Assembly (NCBI GenBank): GCA_022797635.1
Contig: JAAWKZ010000002.1
Location: 17,188 to 81,187 of the forward strand
Source: Clostridia bacterium
Lineage (GTDB): Bacteria > Bacillota > Clostridia > TANB77 > CAG-508
Direction: 5' to 3'
DNA: 64,000 bases
Numbering within the stretch: position 1 is the first letter of the stretch; each line of letters begins with the position of its first letter. Position numbers and translations under genes: made by a program. Below, piece by piece: positions 28,422-38,123 of the stretch. The notes below the pieces were generated by a model that had not been told where the DNA came from, did not search any database, and saw nothing but the letters and a program-made list of their open reading frames with translations.

Positions 28422-29714
28422 TTATGCATAAGCATGTTTTTTCTTAAAGCTAAGTAGATTTGTAATTTCTGTTTCACTATTCTTTGCCTTGCTTGCCTTT
28501 TTCGCATTTTCTTGCTCAATTTCTTGTTTTTGTTTTTCAGCAACAGTTTTGCAAATTGCCTTTTCATATATGTAATGAGTATCTTGTGCAATTTTAGTCC
28601 AATTAAATTCTTCTTTTACTTTTTGTTTTGCCTTCTTGGCAACATTTGAAGCTAATTGTCCATCATAAAGTAATGTTAATACAGAGTCTGCTATTGAATT
28701 TGGATTTCCAGCATAGCTTTTCATTCCATTGACACCATGGTCTACAATTTCATTTAATCCACCAATATCAGATACAACTGTAGGAACTCCTGCAAGCATC
28801 CCCTCCAACGCTACAATACCAAATGGTTCATAAGTACTTGGGAATACTGCTACATCTGCACATTTATATATTTTTTGTACTTGTTTTGAATTTAAATATC
28901 CTGTAAAGTATATTTTGTTAGAAAGTCCCATACGTTCCGCTTGTGTCTTTAATTCATCTAACATTCCGCCTTTACCTGCAATCACTAATTTAGTATCATG
29001 ATATCCATTTAAGATTTTAGGCATAGCTGAAATTAAATGCTGAATTCCTTTTTCATATACTAATCTTCCTACATATAGAATCATTTTTTCATTATCCATA
29101 GCATATTGTCTTCTAAACTCATAGTCTCTCTCAACACCATTAAAATTAGTTAAGTTAATTCCATTTGGAACTACATTAATTTTATCAAAAGGTAAGCCAA
29201 ATAAGCCTTGAACATGTCCTTTCATAAAATTACTATTGACTATTACCTCTGTTGCTTCATAAGTCAACATCCATTCTGTATCATTAATATATCTTTGTGT
29301 TTCATCATGAACACCTGAATTTCTGCCAGCTTCTGTAGCATGAATCGTTGCTACTAATGGAATATTAAAAGCTTGTTTTAACATCTTAGCTGAAGTTGCT
29401 GCTAACCAGTCATGTGCATGAATGACATCAAACTTACCATTTTCATTGATTAACTGAGTAGCCTTTGCTGCCATATTAAAGTTTAGCTGTAAAACCCATT
29501 CAATAAAATTAGTAGGATGTATCATAAAGTTTTCTACACGATATACTTCCACTCCCTTATCATTTTCATAATCTGGTAAGTCTCCTTCTTTGTAAGTTAC
29601 CACTGTCACTTCATGTCCATCTTTGATAAGTCTATGTGATAAATCGTGTGCTACTCTAGCAATTCCTCCTACTATTCTTGGTGGATATTCCCATGTTAAC
29701 ATTAATATTTTCAT
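28422..29714 (-). CDS. Glycosyltransferase family 4 (glycogen/alpha-glucan synthase-like)
   Basis: MKILMLTWEYPPRIVGGIARVAHDL and the C-terminal E..G....EGMLAG GT-B motif. Length is 430 aa. Confidence 0.75.
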   Translation of the reverse strand: MKILMLTWEYPPRIVGGIARVAHDLSHRLIKDGHEVTVVTYKEGDLPDYENDKGVEVYRVENFMIHPTNFIEWVLQLNFNMAAKATQLINENGKFDVIHAHDWLAATSAKMLKQAFNIPLVATIHATEAGRNSGVHDETQRYINDTEWMLTYEATEVIVNSNFMKGHVQGLFGLPFDKINVVPNGINLTNFNGVERDYEFRRQYAMDNEKMILYVGRLVYEKGIQHLISAMPKILNGYHDTKLVIAGKGGMLDELKTQAERMGLSNKIYFTGYLNSKQVQKIYKCADVAVFPSTYEPFGIVALEGMLAGVPTVVSDIGGLNEIVDHGVNGMKSYAGNPNSIADSVLTLLYDGQLASNVAKKAKQKVKEEFNWTKIAQDTHYIYEKAICKTVAEKQKQEIEQENAKKASKAKNSETEITNLLSFKKKHAYA

Positions 29715-30026
29715 TAGGTGTCCCCTTTCTTTTCTTTTGATTTATATATAGAATTACAAAATTTTTAGCAAAATTTTGCATAAGCTACCTTAATTGTATT
29801 GTATACATTTTTTTGACAAAAGTAAACAGTTTTTTACAAAGTTTTTAGATTTTATTTTGAAGTATTAATATATATTATAACTCATATTACTTCTAATCAT
29901 TATCTTATAAATTTCTTAACAAACTCTTTATTAAGTTCTATTTTAACATTTTGTTTTAAATTCACATATATTTTAAAAAATAAGGCATAATATTAATAAA
30001 TATTAATGAATAAGGGGGCTTATTTT

Positions 30027-30293
30027 ATGACTTGTATGGAATTAGTAGGTTTAAATACTAAGTGGTATCGTTATCAAAACCATATGACACAAGAACAATA
30101 TGCTAATAAAACTAAATTTAAAATGGCATATATTAGTGTAGTAGAAACAGGAAATGCAAATTTGACTTGCAAAAATATTGACATTATTGCGAAATCTTTT
30201 GGCATTGCTCCTACTTTACTATTTAATGAAGAGACTGCAAAACTTGCAAAGAAACTACCTACTAGATTAGACATGTACAAAAAAGCAAATTAA
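30027..30293 (+). CDS. XRE-family helix-turn-helix protein
   Basis: HTH segment MTQEQYANKTKFKMAYISVVETG. An AAGGGGG RBS precedes ATG 30027. Confidence 0.6.
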   Translation: MTCMELVGLNTKWYRYQNHMTQEQYANKTKFKMAYISVVETGNANLTCKNIDIIAKSFGIAPTLLFNEETAKLAKKLPTRLDMYKKAN

Positions 30294-30360
30294 AGAACAT
30301 CAAAAAAAGCCATTCGATGATTCGAATGACTTTTTTTGATACTTCCTTTTTATGATTTTT

Positions 30361-30561
30361 TTATTGAATACCATATTTCTTTTTAAATTTATCTGCTCTA
30401 CCACCAGTTGTTTCTCTTTTTAAGTTTCCAGTCCAAAATGGATGACATTTTGAGCAAATATCAACTTTCATATCACTTTTTGTTGAATTTGTTTTCATAA
30501 CATTACCACATGCACATGTGATAGTTGCTTCTGTATAATTTGGATGTATTCCTTCTTTCAT
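30361..30561 (-). CDS. rpmE: 50S ribosomal protein L31
   Basis: MKEGIHPNY...CACG...CSKCHPFWTG... with an AAGGAGGG RBS. The track ORF start is over-extended. Confidence 0.9.
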   Translation of the reverse strand: MKEGIHPNYTEATITCACGNVMKTNSTKSDMKVDICSKCHPFWTGNLKRETTGGRADKFKKKYGIQ

Positions 30562-30646
30562 CTTGTCTTCTTCCCTCCTTAACACTCTTTAATAATCAAT
30601 ACTGCCATTTATTGTATCACAATCTTTTTATAATTTCAAGTATTTT

Positions 30647-30796
30647 CTATTTTTTATTTTGTTCTTGCATATATTGTACAGAAGCTTTTACTTCTTGCTC
30701 CATAGATGCTTTATGTACAAGTTTATTAATTACATTAAATAAACATGCAATAATTAAAACAAATAATAAAATTTTTTTCCAAGATTTTGCTAGCAT
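30647..30796 (-). CDS. Small (49-aa) membrane protein, unannotated in the ORF track
   Basis: MLAKSWKKILLFVLIIACLFNVINKLVHKASMEQEVKASVQYMQEQNKK, preceded by AAAGGAAGAG. Confidence 0.35.
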   Translation of the reverse strand: MLAKSWKKILLFVLIIACLFNVINKLVHKASMEQEVKASVQYMQEQNKK

Positions 30797-30922
30797 AAGC
30801 TTCTCTTCCTTTCGTTCTTAACTATATTAATTATACTATATTTTCAAATTTTGTCAACTGTAAAAAATTTCAATTATTTTTATAGAAATTTTGGCAATAG
30901 TAAAACTAGAGGTGTAAATATT

Positions 30923-31588
30923 ATGAAAGATAAAAAATGGATTTTTATTTCATTAATTGTTGTGGCTTTAATTGGAATCGGCATATACTTTTTCTTTAGT
31001 TCTACTCAAAATACAAATCCCATTCCTGGAACTAGAGTTAGTACAGATAATTCTAATCCACAAAATATAAATAGCCAAAATGAAAAAAATAATGACATCA
31101 CAGAAAAAGAAAGTGTTGGAGTAACTGAAGGTTTAGAAAAAGAAATTGCAAAATTTTCTACCAAAATTATGGAAGAAGATAATCACCGTGATAATAATAT
31201 GAAAATTAGTCTTTCTAAATTAAATGATACTATTGTAAAAAATGGAGATACCTTTTCTTTTAATGAAATAGTGGGAAGTCCCACTCCTAACGAAGGTTAC
31301 GAAAAAGCTGGCGTATTCGTAGAAGATAAGTATAAAAAAGATTATGGCGGTGGTAATTGCCAAGTTAGTACTACTTTATATAATGCTGTTTTAAAAGTAG
31401 ATAATTTAAAAGTAACTGAAAGGCATGAACACACACAAGAAGTCTATTATGTTCCGCTTGGTAAAGATGCCGCTGTAGCTTATGATGAAATTGATTTTAA
31501 ATTTAAAAATAACACTGGTCATGATATTAAAATTTATGGTGAAATGAATGAAAAAGAGGTTAAAATTAAACTAACACAACTAAATTAA
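30923..31588 (+). CDS. VanW family protein
   Basis: MKDKKWIFISLIVVALIGIG TM anchor. GDTFSFNEIVG and GGGNCQVSTTLYNA are VanW motifs. Confidence 0.75.
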   Translation: MKDKKWIFISLIVVALIGIGIYFFFSSTQNTNPIPGTRVSTDNSNPQNINSQNEKNNDITEKESVGVTEGLEKEIAKFSTKIMEEDNHRDNNMKISLSKLNDTIVKNGDTFSFNEIVGSPTPNEGYEKAGVFVEDKYKKDYGGGNCQVSTTLYNAVLKVDNLKVTERHEHTQEVYYVPLGKDAAVAYDEIDFKFKNNTGHDIKIYGEMNEKEVKIKLTQLN

Positions 31589-31682
31589 GTAAGCTTTATT
31601 GCGCAATTTTTAGCAAGATACTTTGTATACAGAAAAAGAAAGAATTTCAAGTTATAATTGAAATTCTTTCTTCTTTATAAAT

Positions 31683-32630
31683 CTATAATTTAAAACTATT
31701 CTTTTTATTCATGCTCTTATATCCAAAGGCTAATAAAACGCCTACTAGTACAACTAATGCCATAAATATCCACACTACTATAAAGTTGTCTTTTTCTCCT
31801 GTTTGTGGTAATGCTCCTGTTGCAACATTATCTACTTGATTAGAAGAAATGTCGTTATCTATTTCATTGTTGTCTTCTATATTGTTCTCATCATCATTTT
31901 CTTCGTCATCTTTGTCTTCTTTATCATTATCTTCATCATCTTTATTGTCTGTATTGCTTCCAGAATTAGAACCATTTGAGTCGTTTCCGCTTCCTGTTGA
32001 GCCATTTCCTGTATTTCCACTTCCTGCGTTATTACCTCCTTGGCTTCCTCCTGGCTTATTCGTACTTCCACCTTGGTTATTATCTCCTGTACTTCCGCCT
32101 TGATTTCCACCACTGGTACTTGCTGTATAACTTATTTTATCAGATGCTTTTGCATCTACTTTTGTATCTTTATGTGCAATAGAAGAAGCTGTTGTCTTAT
32201 CCGCAATTGCTGATACAGTTACTTTTGTACTTTTATTGGTTTCAATTTTAATGGTTCCTACATCTATAGCTTTCCCTGTATTTTGCTCTGCTTCTGTTAC
32301 TACATATAGATTTAAAATTCCTTTTTCTTTATCATAACTTTCCTTTTTTAATTTTGCACTTCCTATATTAGCCCAATTGAAAGTAACATTTTTAATATCT
32401 GCTGCCTTACTAGCCTCTATTTTTAATCCTATTTGGAAGGAGGCAATACTTGCCCCTTCCTTTGGACTTAAACTCACTTTTATATTTTGCCCATCTTGTT
32501 TTAGGGCAACTGTAGTGTCACTTGCTGCTTTCACATTACTATCGCATAGAAAGAACATTGATATTGTAAATGCCATCATGATAAAAGGAATTGCTATGAA
32601 CTTTAAAATAGTATCTTTTCTTATTTTCAT
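31683..32630 (-). CDS. LPXTG-anchored cell-wall protein with an N-terminal ~140-aa beta-sandwich (possible cohesin-like) domain and a G/S/N/D-rich stalk
   Basis: Signal peptide, LPQTGE sortase motif, TM and a KKNSFKL tail. The low-complexity linker is GGNQGGSTGDNNQGGS... Confidence 0.7.
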   Translation of the reverse strand: MKIRKDTILKFIAIPFIMMAFTISMFFLCDSNVKAASDTTVALKQDGQNIKVSLSPKEGASIASFQIGLKIEASKAADIKNVTFNWANIGSAKLKKESYDKEKGILNLYVVTEAEQNTGKAIDVGTIKIETNKSTKVTVSAIADKTTASSIAHKDTKVDAKASDKISYTASTSGGNQGGSTGDNNQGGSTNKPGGSQGGNNAGSGNTGNGSTGSGNDSNGSNSGSNTDNKDDEDNDKEDKDDEENDDENNIEDNNEIDNDISSNQVDNVATGALPQTGEKDNFIVVWIFMALVVLVGVLLAFGYKSMNKKNSFKL

Positions 32631-32660
32631 GATTTTTTTCTTTCTCCTTTATACTTTTTG

Positions 32661-35600
32661 TTAATCACGTTTAATCTCTAAATCTGGTAAACTTGCTGGA
32701 ACTGCTATACGGTAAGTATCACTAACAAGTCTTTCTCCTTCATTTGTATGTGCATCATCTACACGATATAGTTCTGCTCTAATAGTTTTTGGAAGTACAG
32801 CTGGAATATCTTTTGGTTCAATATAATATACCCAAATACCATCTGCTGTTTCTCCTAGTTCTCCTTGTTCTGGTACATCTGCAAAAATAATTTGTACACC
32901 TTCTATTAATTTGTTATTTTCATCCCATAATTTAAGTGCATTATAGGCTGGATTTCCTTTATAAGTTCCTGTAAATACTACTGAACCTGCTGGAATAAAG
33001 TCTTCTGGTTGGTCACCATATTTGTAATCTTCTTTCAATATTCCAATTCCTTTTTCTACTAGTTCTACATTATCACCTGTTTGACCTAACAAATCAATTT
33101 CAGCAATAGATACACTAGTTCCATTCTTAATCTTTAATTTAACATAAGCTGCATCATAAGTGTATAACCAAGAATCTCCTGCTTTATTGAAGTATACTAT
33201 TTGTGAATTATTACTATCTAACTCAAATGTTCCTGTTTTTACAGTTTCCCAAGTTACATTATCTTTACTAATTTGAATTTCATAATTGCTAATTGGTGTA
33301 CCTGTTCCTGCTGTATATTTTAAAGCCACTAAACTTGTAACTTCTCCTAAGCTAATTGTAATTTCACCATTACCATTTGTGATAGTTCCTGTGTAATTAT
33401 CACTATAGTTGTTATTAGCAATCTTATCAATTGCTGATTTTTTAATTGTTCCACAAGTAATGTCTTGTTCTTCATCTTCTTCTGTTCTATCTGTATCTTC
33501 TGTTGATGTCAAGTTTGTTTGTATTGTCCAGTCTTGTTTTGAAATACTTCCATCATGTGATATCTTAATTGGATCTAATACTACTTGTGCTGTTGCATTT
33601 AATAGCTTATCATAAGCAATTACTTTATAAGTGAATACACGATTATTGATAGTTTCAATCGTATCAATATATTCTGTCTTATCAGCTGTAACAAATGCTA
33701 CTGCTCTGCTAACTTCTTTGTCGTTTTCCATATAGCTTCTAATAATTTCATATCCAAGCATAGCGTTTGCTGATTGATTTGTATTTCCTAATGTAATTTT
33801 CACTTGATTACTATTATTTTCTTTGCTTAGGCTAGCAGTTACTTTTGTACCTGCTGTCATTCCGGTACCACCTGCTAATTCATAGCTTCTAGCTTCATCA
33901 TTTACATAGTAAATTGGTCTAGTTTCTTTACTAAATTGTGCTGCATATGCTCTAGTCGTAGCATCTGGTGTCATTCCCCATCTTTCAAAGAAAGATAAAA
34001 TATCTTTTTGAGCTGCTGCTACTGCTAATCTCATTAATTTGTTATCAGAATCACCACTTAATGTTAAAGCTACTCCTCCTGGCTTTGGAGCTAGCGCAAC
34101 ATTTCTTGCATAAGTATCCATTCTTGCAAAAATTAAATTATCAAATTGTTCTTGGTAAGTATCAAATGTCTTATAGTTATATCCGCCTTTATCATAAGCT
34201 AAATGTAATTGCCAATATAATCCTAATTGTGTAAATACATTAGACGCTCTTCCTTTGGTTCCTGAAGTTACTTTTTTGTACACTTCTGAATATTGTAAAC
34301 GAACACTATCATTTGTATCTTTTGCTTGTGCTAATACTGCAAAATAGTTGTTAGTAACTTCTGCTACTGCATAAGCACCTTCATTAATGATATGTCCAAT
34401 TTCATGTGCAATTCCCCATCCAAAGTATCTTCCACTTTCATATTTTCCTTCTTCTGTTGCTTGAACAGGAACAGAAGTTGCTAAGCCTCCAACTGAACTC
34501 CATTCAATACCAATATGAAGTCCGCCTGCATACATAAATGCTCCTGCAAACATTCTATGATAACGAATATTTAATCTACTTACAGGATATTGATTTTTTG
34601 CTCCTGCATCTGGTGATTTACTTAGACCTTTATGTGAATAGAATAGGTCTACCATATCATTCATTGCTTCTAAAGAATTATATAACTGATTTGTCTTTTC
34701 ATCAGTTGTTCCTTTTAGAGCTCCTAAGATTTGTTCTGCTGAAACAGAATACATCATTTGTGGTAGAACAATATCTGTTGCACCTAAAATACAATTTTGT
34801 TTTTGATATTCTCTATTTAATGTATCATTTTTTGCTTTATGTTCATTATGTTTTGCTTCTAATGTTGGAACATATGCCTCTAATTCTTCTACATAAGTTT
34901 TAATAGCTGCTTTTTTATCTTGTTCTGTTGTTAATTTTGAAACATCTAGCATTGGAACTTTACTTCCACCACTTACTCTTACACCATAAATATCATTTGC
35001 GTTATTACCTGTGTATTCAATGTATAATGCTCCACCTTGTTCAAAATCAAATGTTGCTATTTTTGGTATGGTAACTTCATTTTTACCTACTTTTAAAGTA
35101 GTTACTGCTTGATGCCATTTACCAGATTCTGCATGATATTGTGTAGCAATTAAAACTAGATTTGTATTAGAACCTACTGTTAATTTTGGATTTCCTACAT
35201 AGATTTCTAGTTGTTCACTTTCATGTGCAACTACACCTAATGGTTGCCATGCATTTAATCCTCCACTAAAGGTAATATGTCCATCTTTCTTCTTTGTAAC
35301 TGTTGTGTCTATTTGAATTGCTTCATTTAAAGCTTTGTTATTGTAGATTTCTTTTGCTGTATCTAATTCTCTTTGTAACATTTCTCTTTCTGGATGATAT
35401 TCGTCAGAATCTTTCGTATCTAATCTTGTTTGTAATTCATCTAAAGTATCTTGGTTAACATCATCTCTTAATGTTACATGCATTTGGTCTGCATATAGAT
35501 TGTTAATGTCATTTTCTAATGTGTCATGATAGTAGAACTTAATTTCTGCTATCGTGATTTCTCTTACATAAGAATTTCCTTCTAAACCAATACCAATTTT

Positions 35601-37790
35601 ATTTGTTTCAATTGGTTCTGGAAGCTTAATCACATAATATTTTCTACCATTTTCACATGTTCTTCCTAATACAGAATAGTTACCAATTTGTTTTTGGTTT
35701 CCTTCTCTGTCTGTATAGTAAATACGTGCAGCTTTTACTACTCCATTATCTTTTATTGCTGAGAATGCAATATAGCTCATTTGGTAATAGTCGTCAAATT
35801 CAATAAATGGTACTTTATTTTTGTCTGGATAACTACATCCCATATCCCAGTCTGTTCTCTTGAAATATGAAGTATGATTATCATCTACCATTCCTAAGCC
35901 GCTTCCTGCTTTTCCTTCATCTAAAGGACTATCTACCATACTATTCGTTCCTACACTACCAAAGGTTACATTTTTAATATGATTTGTTACTTTTCCTTCT
36001 CCATTTGATGTGTTAATCAATTTGTATTTTGGCATAATGGCTGGTTCTAAGCTAATAGTAGTACCTACTCCTACAATAGATGGGTTACTAGTTCCTATTG
36101 CATTTGTACCTGTTACATATACTTGATATTTTACATTGCTTTCTAAGTTTTCAATTGTATAACTATTATTGGCTAAGTTTGTTACAGCTTGAATATAGTT
36201 TCCTTTTTCATATTCTCTATAATATACACTATAAGTATCAGTATCTTCCATGTCTTTCCATGTTAGATTTAAGCTCTTATACGCTCCTGTTACTGACACA
36301 TTATCTGGTGCGTCTGGTCTTTTATTTGGTTCTGGTGTAACTTTTACTATTTTGCCATATCCACTTTGCCATTCTCCATTAATGGATTGTACTTTTACTT
36401 CAAAAGTTGTTCCATTTTTAATTTTATCTTGATTATAGCTACTTACTTTTAAACTATTGGTATCTGTTCTAATAATATCTGCTTTTGCATTTACAATTGG
36501 TTCTTCTTTCCCAAATTTTCTTTGGCTAATTGCTTTAATACTTACTTCATATCCTGTTACATTTCTTGCTCTGTCCCAAGTAAGTGAGAATTCTTTACTT
36601 CCTGCTACTGCTCTTAGATTTTCTGGAATATCCATTTCTGGTGCTGGAATTCGGTTTTCCATATCATTTAAGAATTCTACTTTAGAAATATCTGCTAATT
36701 TATTGCTTCCTGTTTCTGTTACTTTAATCGTAATCCTTTTAATAGCAACTTGCCCTCTTAAGTTGATTACTACGGTTCCATCTTTTTCTATTGTTGCAAT
36801 TTCATTTGTAATTGCTTTTGCTATTCTTGTCATAGCTCTTGCGCCACCTGCAAATGCTCTTGCAATACGTTGATTTGGTGTTACTTCTGGTGTTTTGATT
36901 GGAACACTAATTTCCTTATCATTTTCATCTACAATAACAACTTCGCCATCTTTAATAAAGTTATTTGGATCTTTGGCTGGTGAAATGACTATTGCTTCTG
37001 TTTGATTTTGGCTTTGGCTTAAGTCAAGTGAAATTTCTACTGGATTTTCCTTTGAAATTTCTTCGTTTTCTCCTGTTGGCGCTAATGTAATGTATTTTTC
37101 ATTATTCTTTAGAACATCTTCTAATTTTGTTCCTTCTTCTAATTTAACTTTTGTTCCTTGTTTTTCTTCTACTGCAATTTCTTGTGTATTTAACAAGTTA
37201 ATTGGAGTTGCCACTTTGTTTGGGCTTCCCTCTGATTTTTCAGTTTTATTAAAAGTAATATATGATAAATCAATAATATCTAATTTTTTGTCCCCATTTA
37301 GGTCGTATTTTTTGTCATATTTACCTGATTCTATTTTTTGTATCATTAAGTTTTCGTCTTTTTGGTCAATGACATTGTCTCCATTAATGTCTCCTAAAAC
37401 AACAACCCCTATTTTGCTACTAGCTAACTCATCATATCCATTCGTTAGTTTTAACTCCATTAATTGATTTTCAATGGTAACAGATTGTTTATAGGTAACA
37501 TATCCTTTGCCCGTTACTTCTAGCTCATACTCTCCTATTTCTAAAGCATCAAAATGATAATACAATGCTGTGTCACTGTTAGAAACTTCTGATGGACTGT
37601 ATGTTTTTTCACCTCCTATTTTTGTCATAGTAATAGTTGGTTTTTCATTTTGTGTTGGAAATTTCAAATTAATTTGTACATTAAATTCCCCTGTCATTTT
37701 GGTATTAGCTTTCACACTAAAACCTACCATAGTAAAAAGCATCAATAGGATTACCGTGATTACTATGGCTTTTTGTTTTCTTGTTTTCAT
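32661..37790 (-). CDS. Very large secreted M60-like (enhancin-type) zinc metallopeptidase with dockerin-like, FN3 and discoidin-like modules
   Basis: 1709 aa with a signal peptide. Dockerin-like segments GDINGDNVIDQKD and DLNGDKKLDIIDL lie near the N-terminus. FN3-like repeats are present. The HEXXH zinc site is GWGIAHEIGHIINEG. Confidence 0.7.
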   Translation of the reverse strand: MKTRKQKAIVITVILLMLFTMVGFSVKANTKMTGEFNVQINLKFPTQNEKPTITMTKIGGEKTYSPSEVSNSDTALYYHFDALEIGEYELEVTGKGYVTYKQSVTIENQLMELKLTNGYDELASSKIGVVVLGDINGDNVIDQKDENLMIQKIESGKYDKKYDLNGDKKLDIIDLSYITFNKTEKSEGSPNKVATPINLLNTQEIAVEEKQGTKVKLEEGTKLEDVLKNNEKYITLAPTGENEEISKENPVEISLDLSQSQNQTEAIVISPAKDPNNFIKDGEVVIVDENDKEISVPIKTPEVTPNQRIARAFAGGARAMTRIAKAITNEIATIEKDGTVVINLRGQVAIKRITIKVTETGSNKLADISKVEFLNDMENRIPAPEMDIPENLRAVAGSKEFSLTWDRARNVTGYEVSIKAISQRKFGKEEPIVNAKADIIRTDTNSLKVSSYNQDKIKNGTTFEVKVQSINGEWQSGYGKIVKVTPEPNKRPDAPDNVSVTGAYKSLNLTWKDMEDTDTYSVYYREYEKGNYIQAVTNLANNSYTIENLESNVKYQVYVTGTNAIGTSNPSIVGVGTTISLEPAIMPKYKLINTSNGEGKVTNHIKNVTFGSVGTNSMVDSPLDEGKAGSGLGMVDDNHTSYFKRTDWDMGCSYPDKNKVPFIEFDDYYQMSYIAFSAIKDNGVVKAARIYYTDREGNQKQIGNYSVLGRTCENGRKYYVIKLPEPIETNKIGIGLEGNSYVREITIAEIKFYYHDTLENDINNLYADQMHVTLRDDVNQDTLDELQTRLDTKDSDEYHPEREMLQRELDTAKEIYNNKALNEAIQIDTTVTKKKDGHITFSGGLNAWQPLGVVAHESEQLEIYVGNPKLTVGSNTNLVLIATQYHAESGKWHQAVTTLKVGKNEVTIPKIATFDFEQGGALYIEYTGNNANDIYGVRVSGGSKVPMLDVSKLTTEQDKKAAIKTYVEELEAYVPTLEAKHNEHKAKNDTLNREYQKQNCILGATDIVLPQMMYSVSAEQILGALKGTTDEKTNQLYNSLEAMNDMVDLFYSHKGLSKSPDAGAKNQYPVSRLNIRYHRMFAGAFMYAGGLHIGIEWSSVGGLATSVPVQATEEGKYESGRYFGWGIAHEIGHIINEGAYAVAEVTNNYFAVLAQAKDTNDSVRLQYSEVYKKVTSGTKGRASNVFTQLGLYWQLHLAYDKGGYNYKTFDTYQEQFDNLIFARMDTYARNVALAPKPGGVALTLSGDSDNKLMRLAVAAAQKDILSFFERWGMTPDATTRAYAAQFSKETRPIYYVNDEARSYELAGGTGMTAGTKVTASLSKENNSNQVKITLGNTNQSANAMLGYEIIRSYMENDKEVSRAVAFVTADKTEYIDTIETINNRVFTYKVIAYDKLLNATAQVVLDPIKISHDGSISKQDWTIQTNLTSTEDTDRTEEDEEQDITCGTIKKSAIDKIANNNYSDNYTGTITNGNGEITISLGEVTSLVALKYTAGTGTPISNYEIQISKDNVTWETVKTGTFELDSNNSQIVYFNKAGDSWLYTYDAAYVKLKIKNGTSVSIAEIDLLGQTGDNVELVEKGIGILKEDYKYGDQPEDFIPAGSVVFTGTYKGNPAYNALKLWDENNKLIEGVQIIFADVPEQGELGETADGIWVYYIEPKDIPAVLPKTIRAELYRVDDAHTNEGERLVSDTYRIAVPASLPDLEIKRD

Positions 37791-38123
37791 GGTTTTCTTT
37801 TTTCCTCCTTATACTACATAGTGAAATTATTATATGCTATTCTATTTTTTTTGTAAATATCTTTCTTAACCTGTTTTAGCATTTTCAGTTTTATTCTATA
37901 TATAGAAAAACATCTTAGAATTATCTTCTAAGATGTTCTCATTTTTATATTTATTTAGCTAGCATTTAATTTGAGAAATTCTATGATTTTTTTCGTATAT
38001 ACTGTTTCTTTATCATAAAAATGGATTTGCTCCCATACAATTTTACTAAAGCATATAATGATTTCTAACTGCTAAAGCAGTAAAACAATCATTTAACAAA
38101 TCACTTTTGGGGAGGTCTCACTT

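Noticed and set aside
31849-32182. Three overlapping ORFs in the G/S/N/D-rich stalk region of the LPXTG gene
   Set aside because: The repetitive low-complexity DNA is open in several frames. Only the frame carrying the signal peptide and LPQTG anchor is coherent.
33409-37821. Multiple plus-strand ORFs inside the 1709-aa M60-like gene
   Set aside because: They are antisense shadows with no RBS and no motifs.
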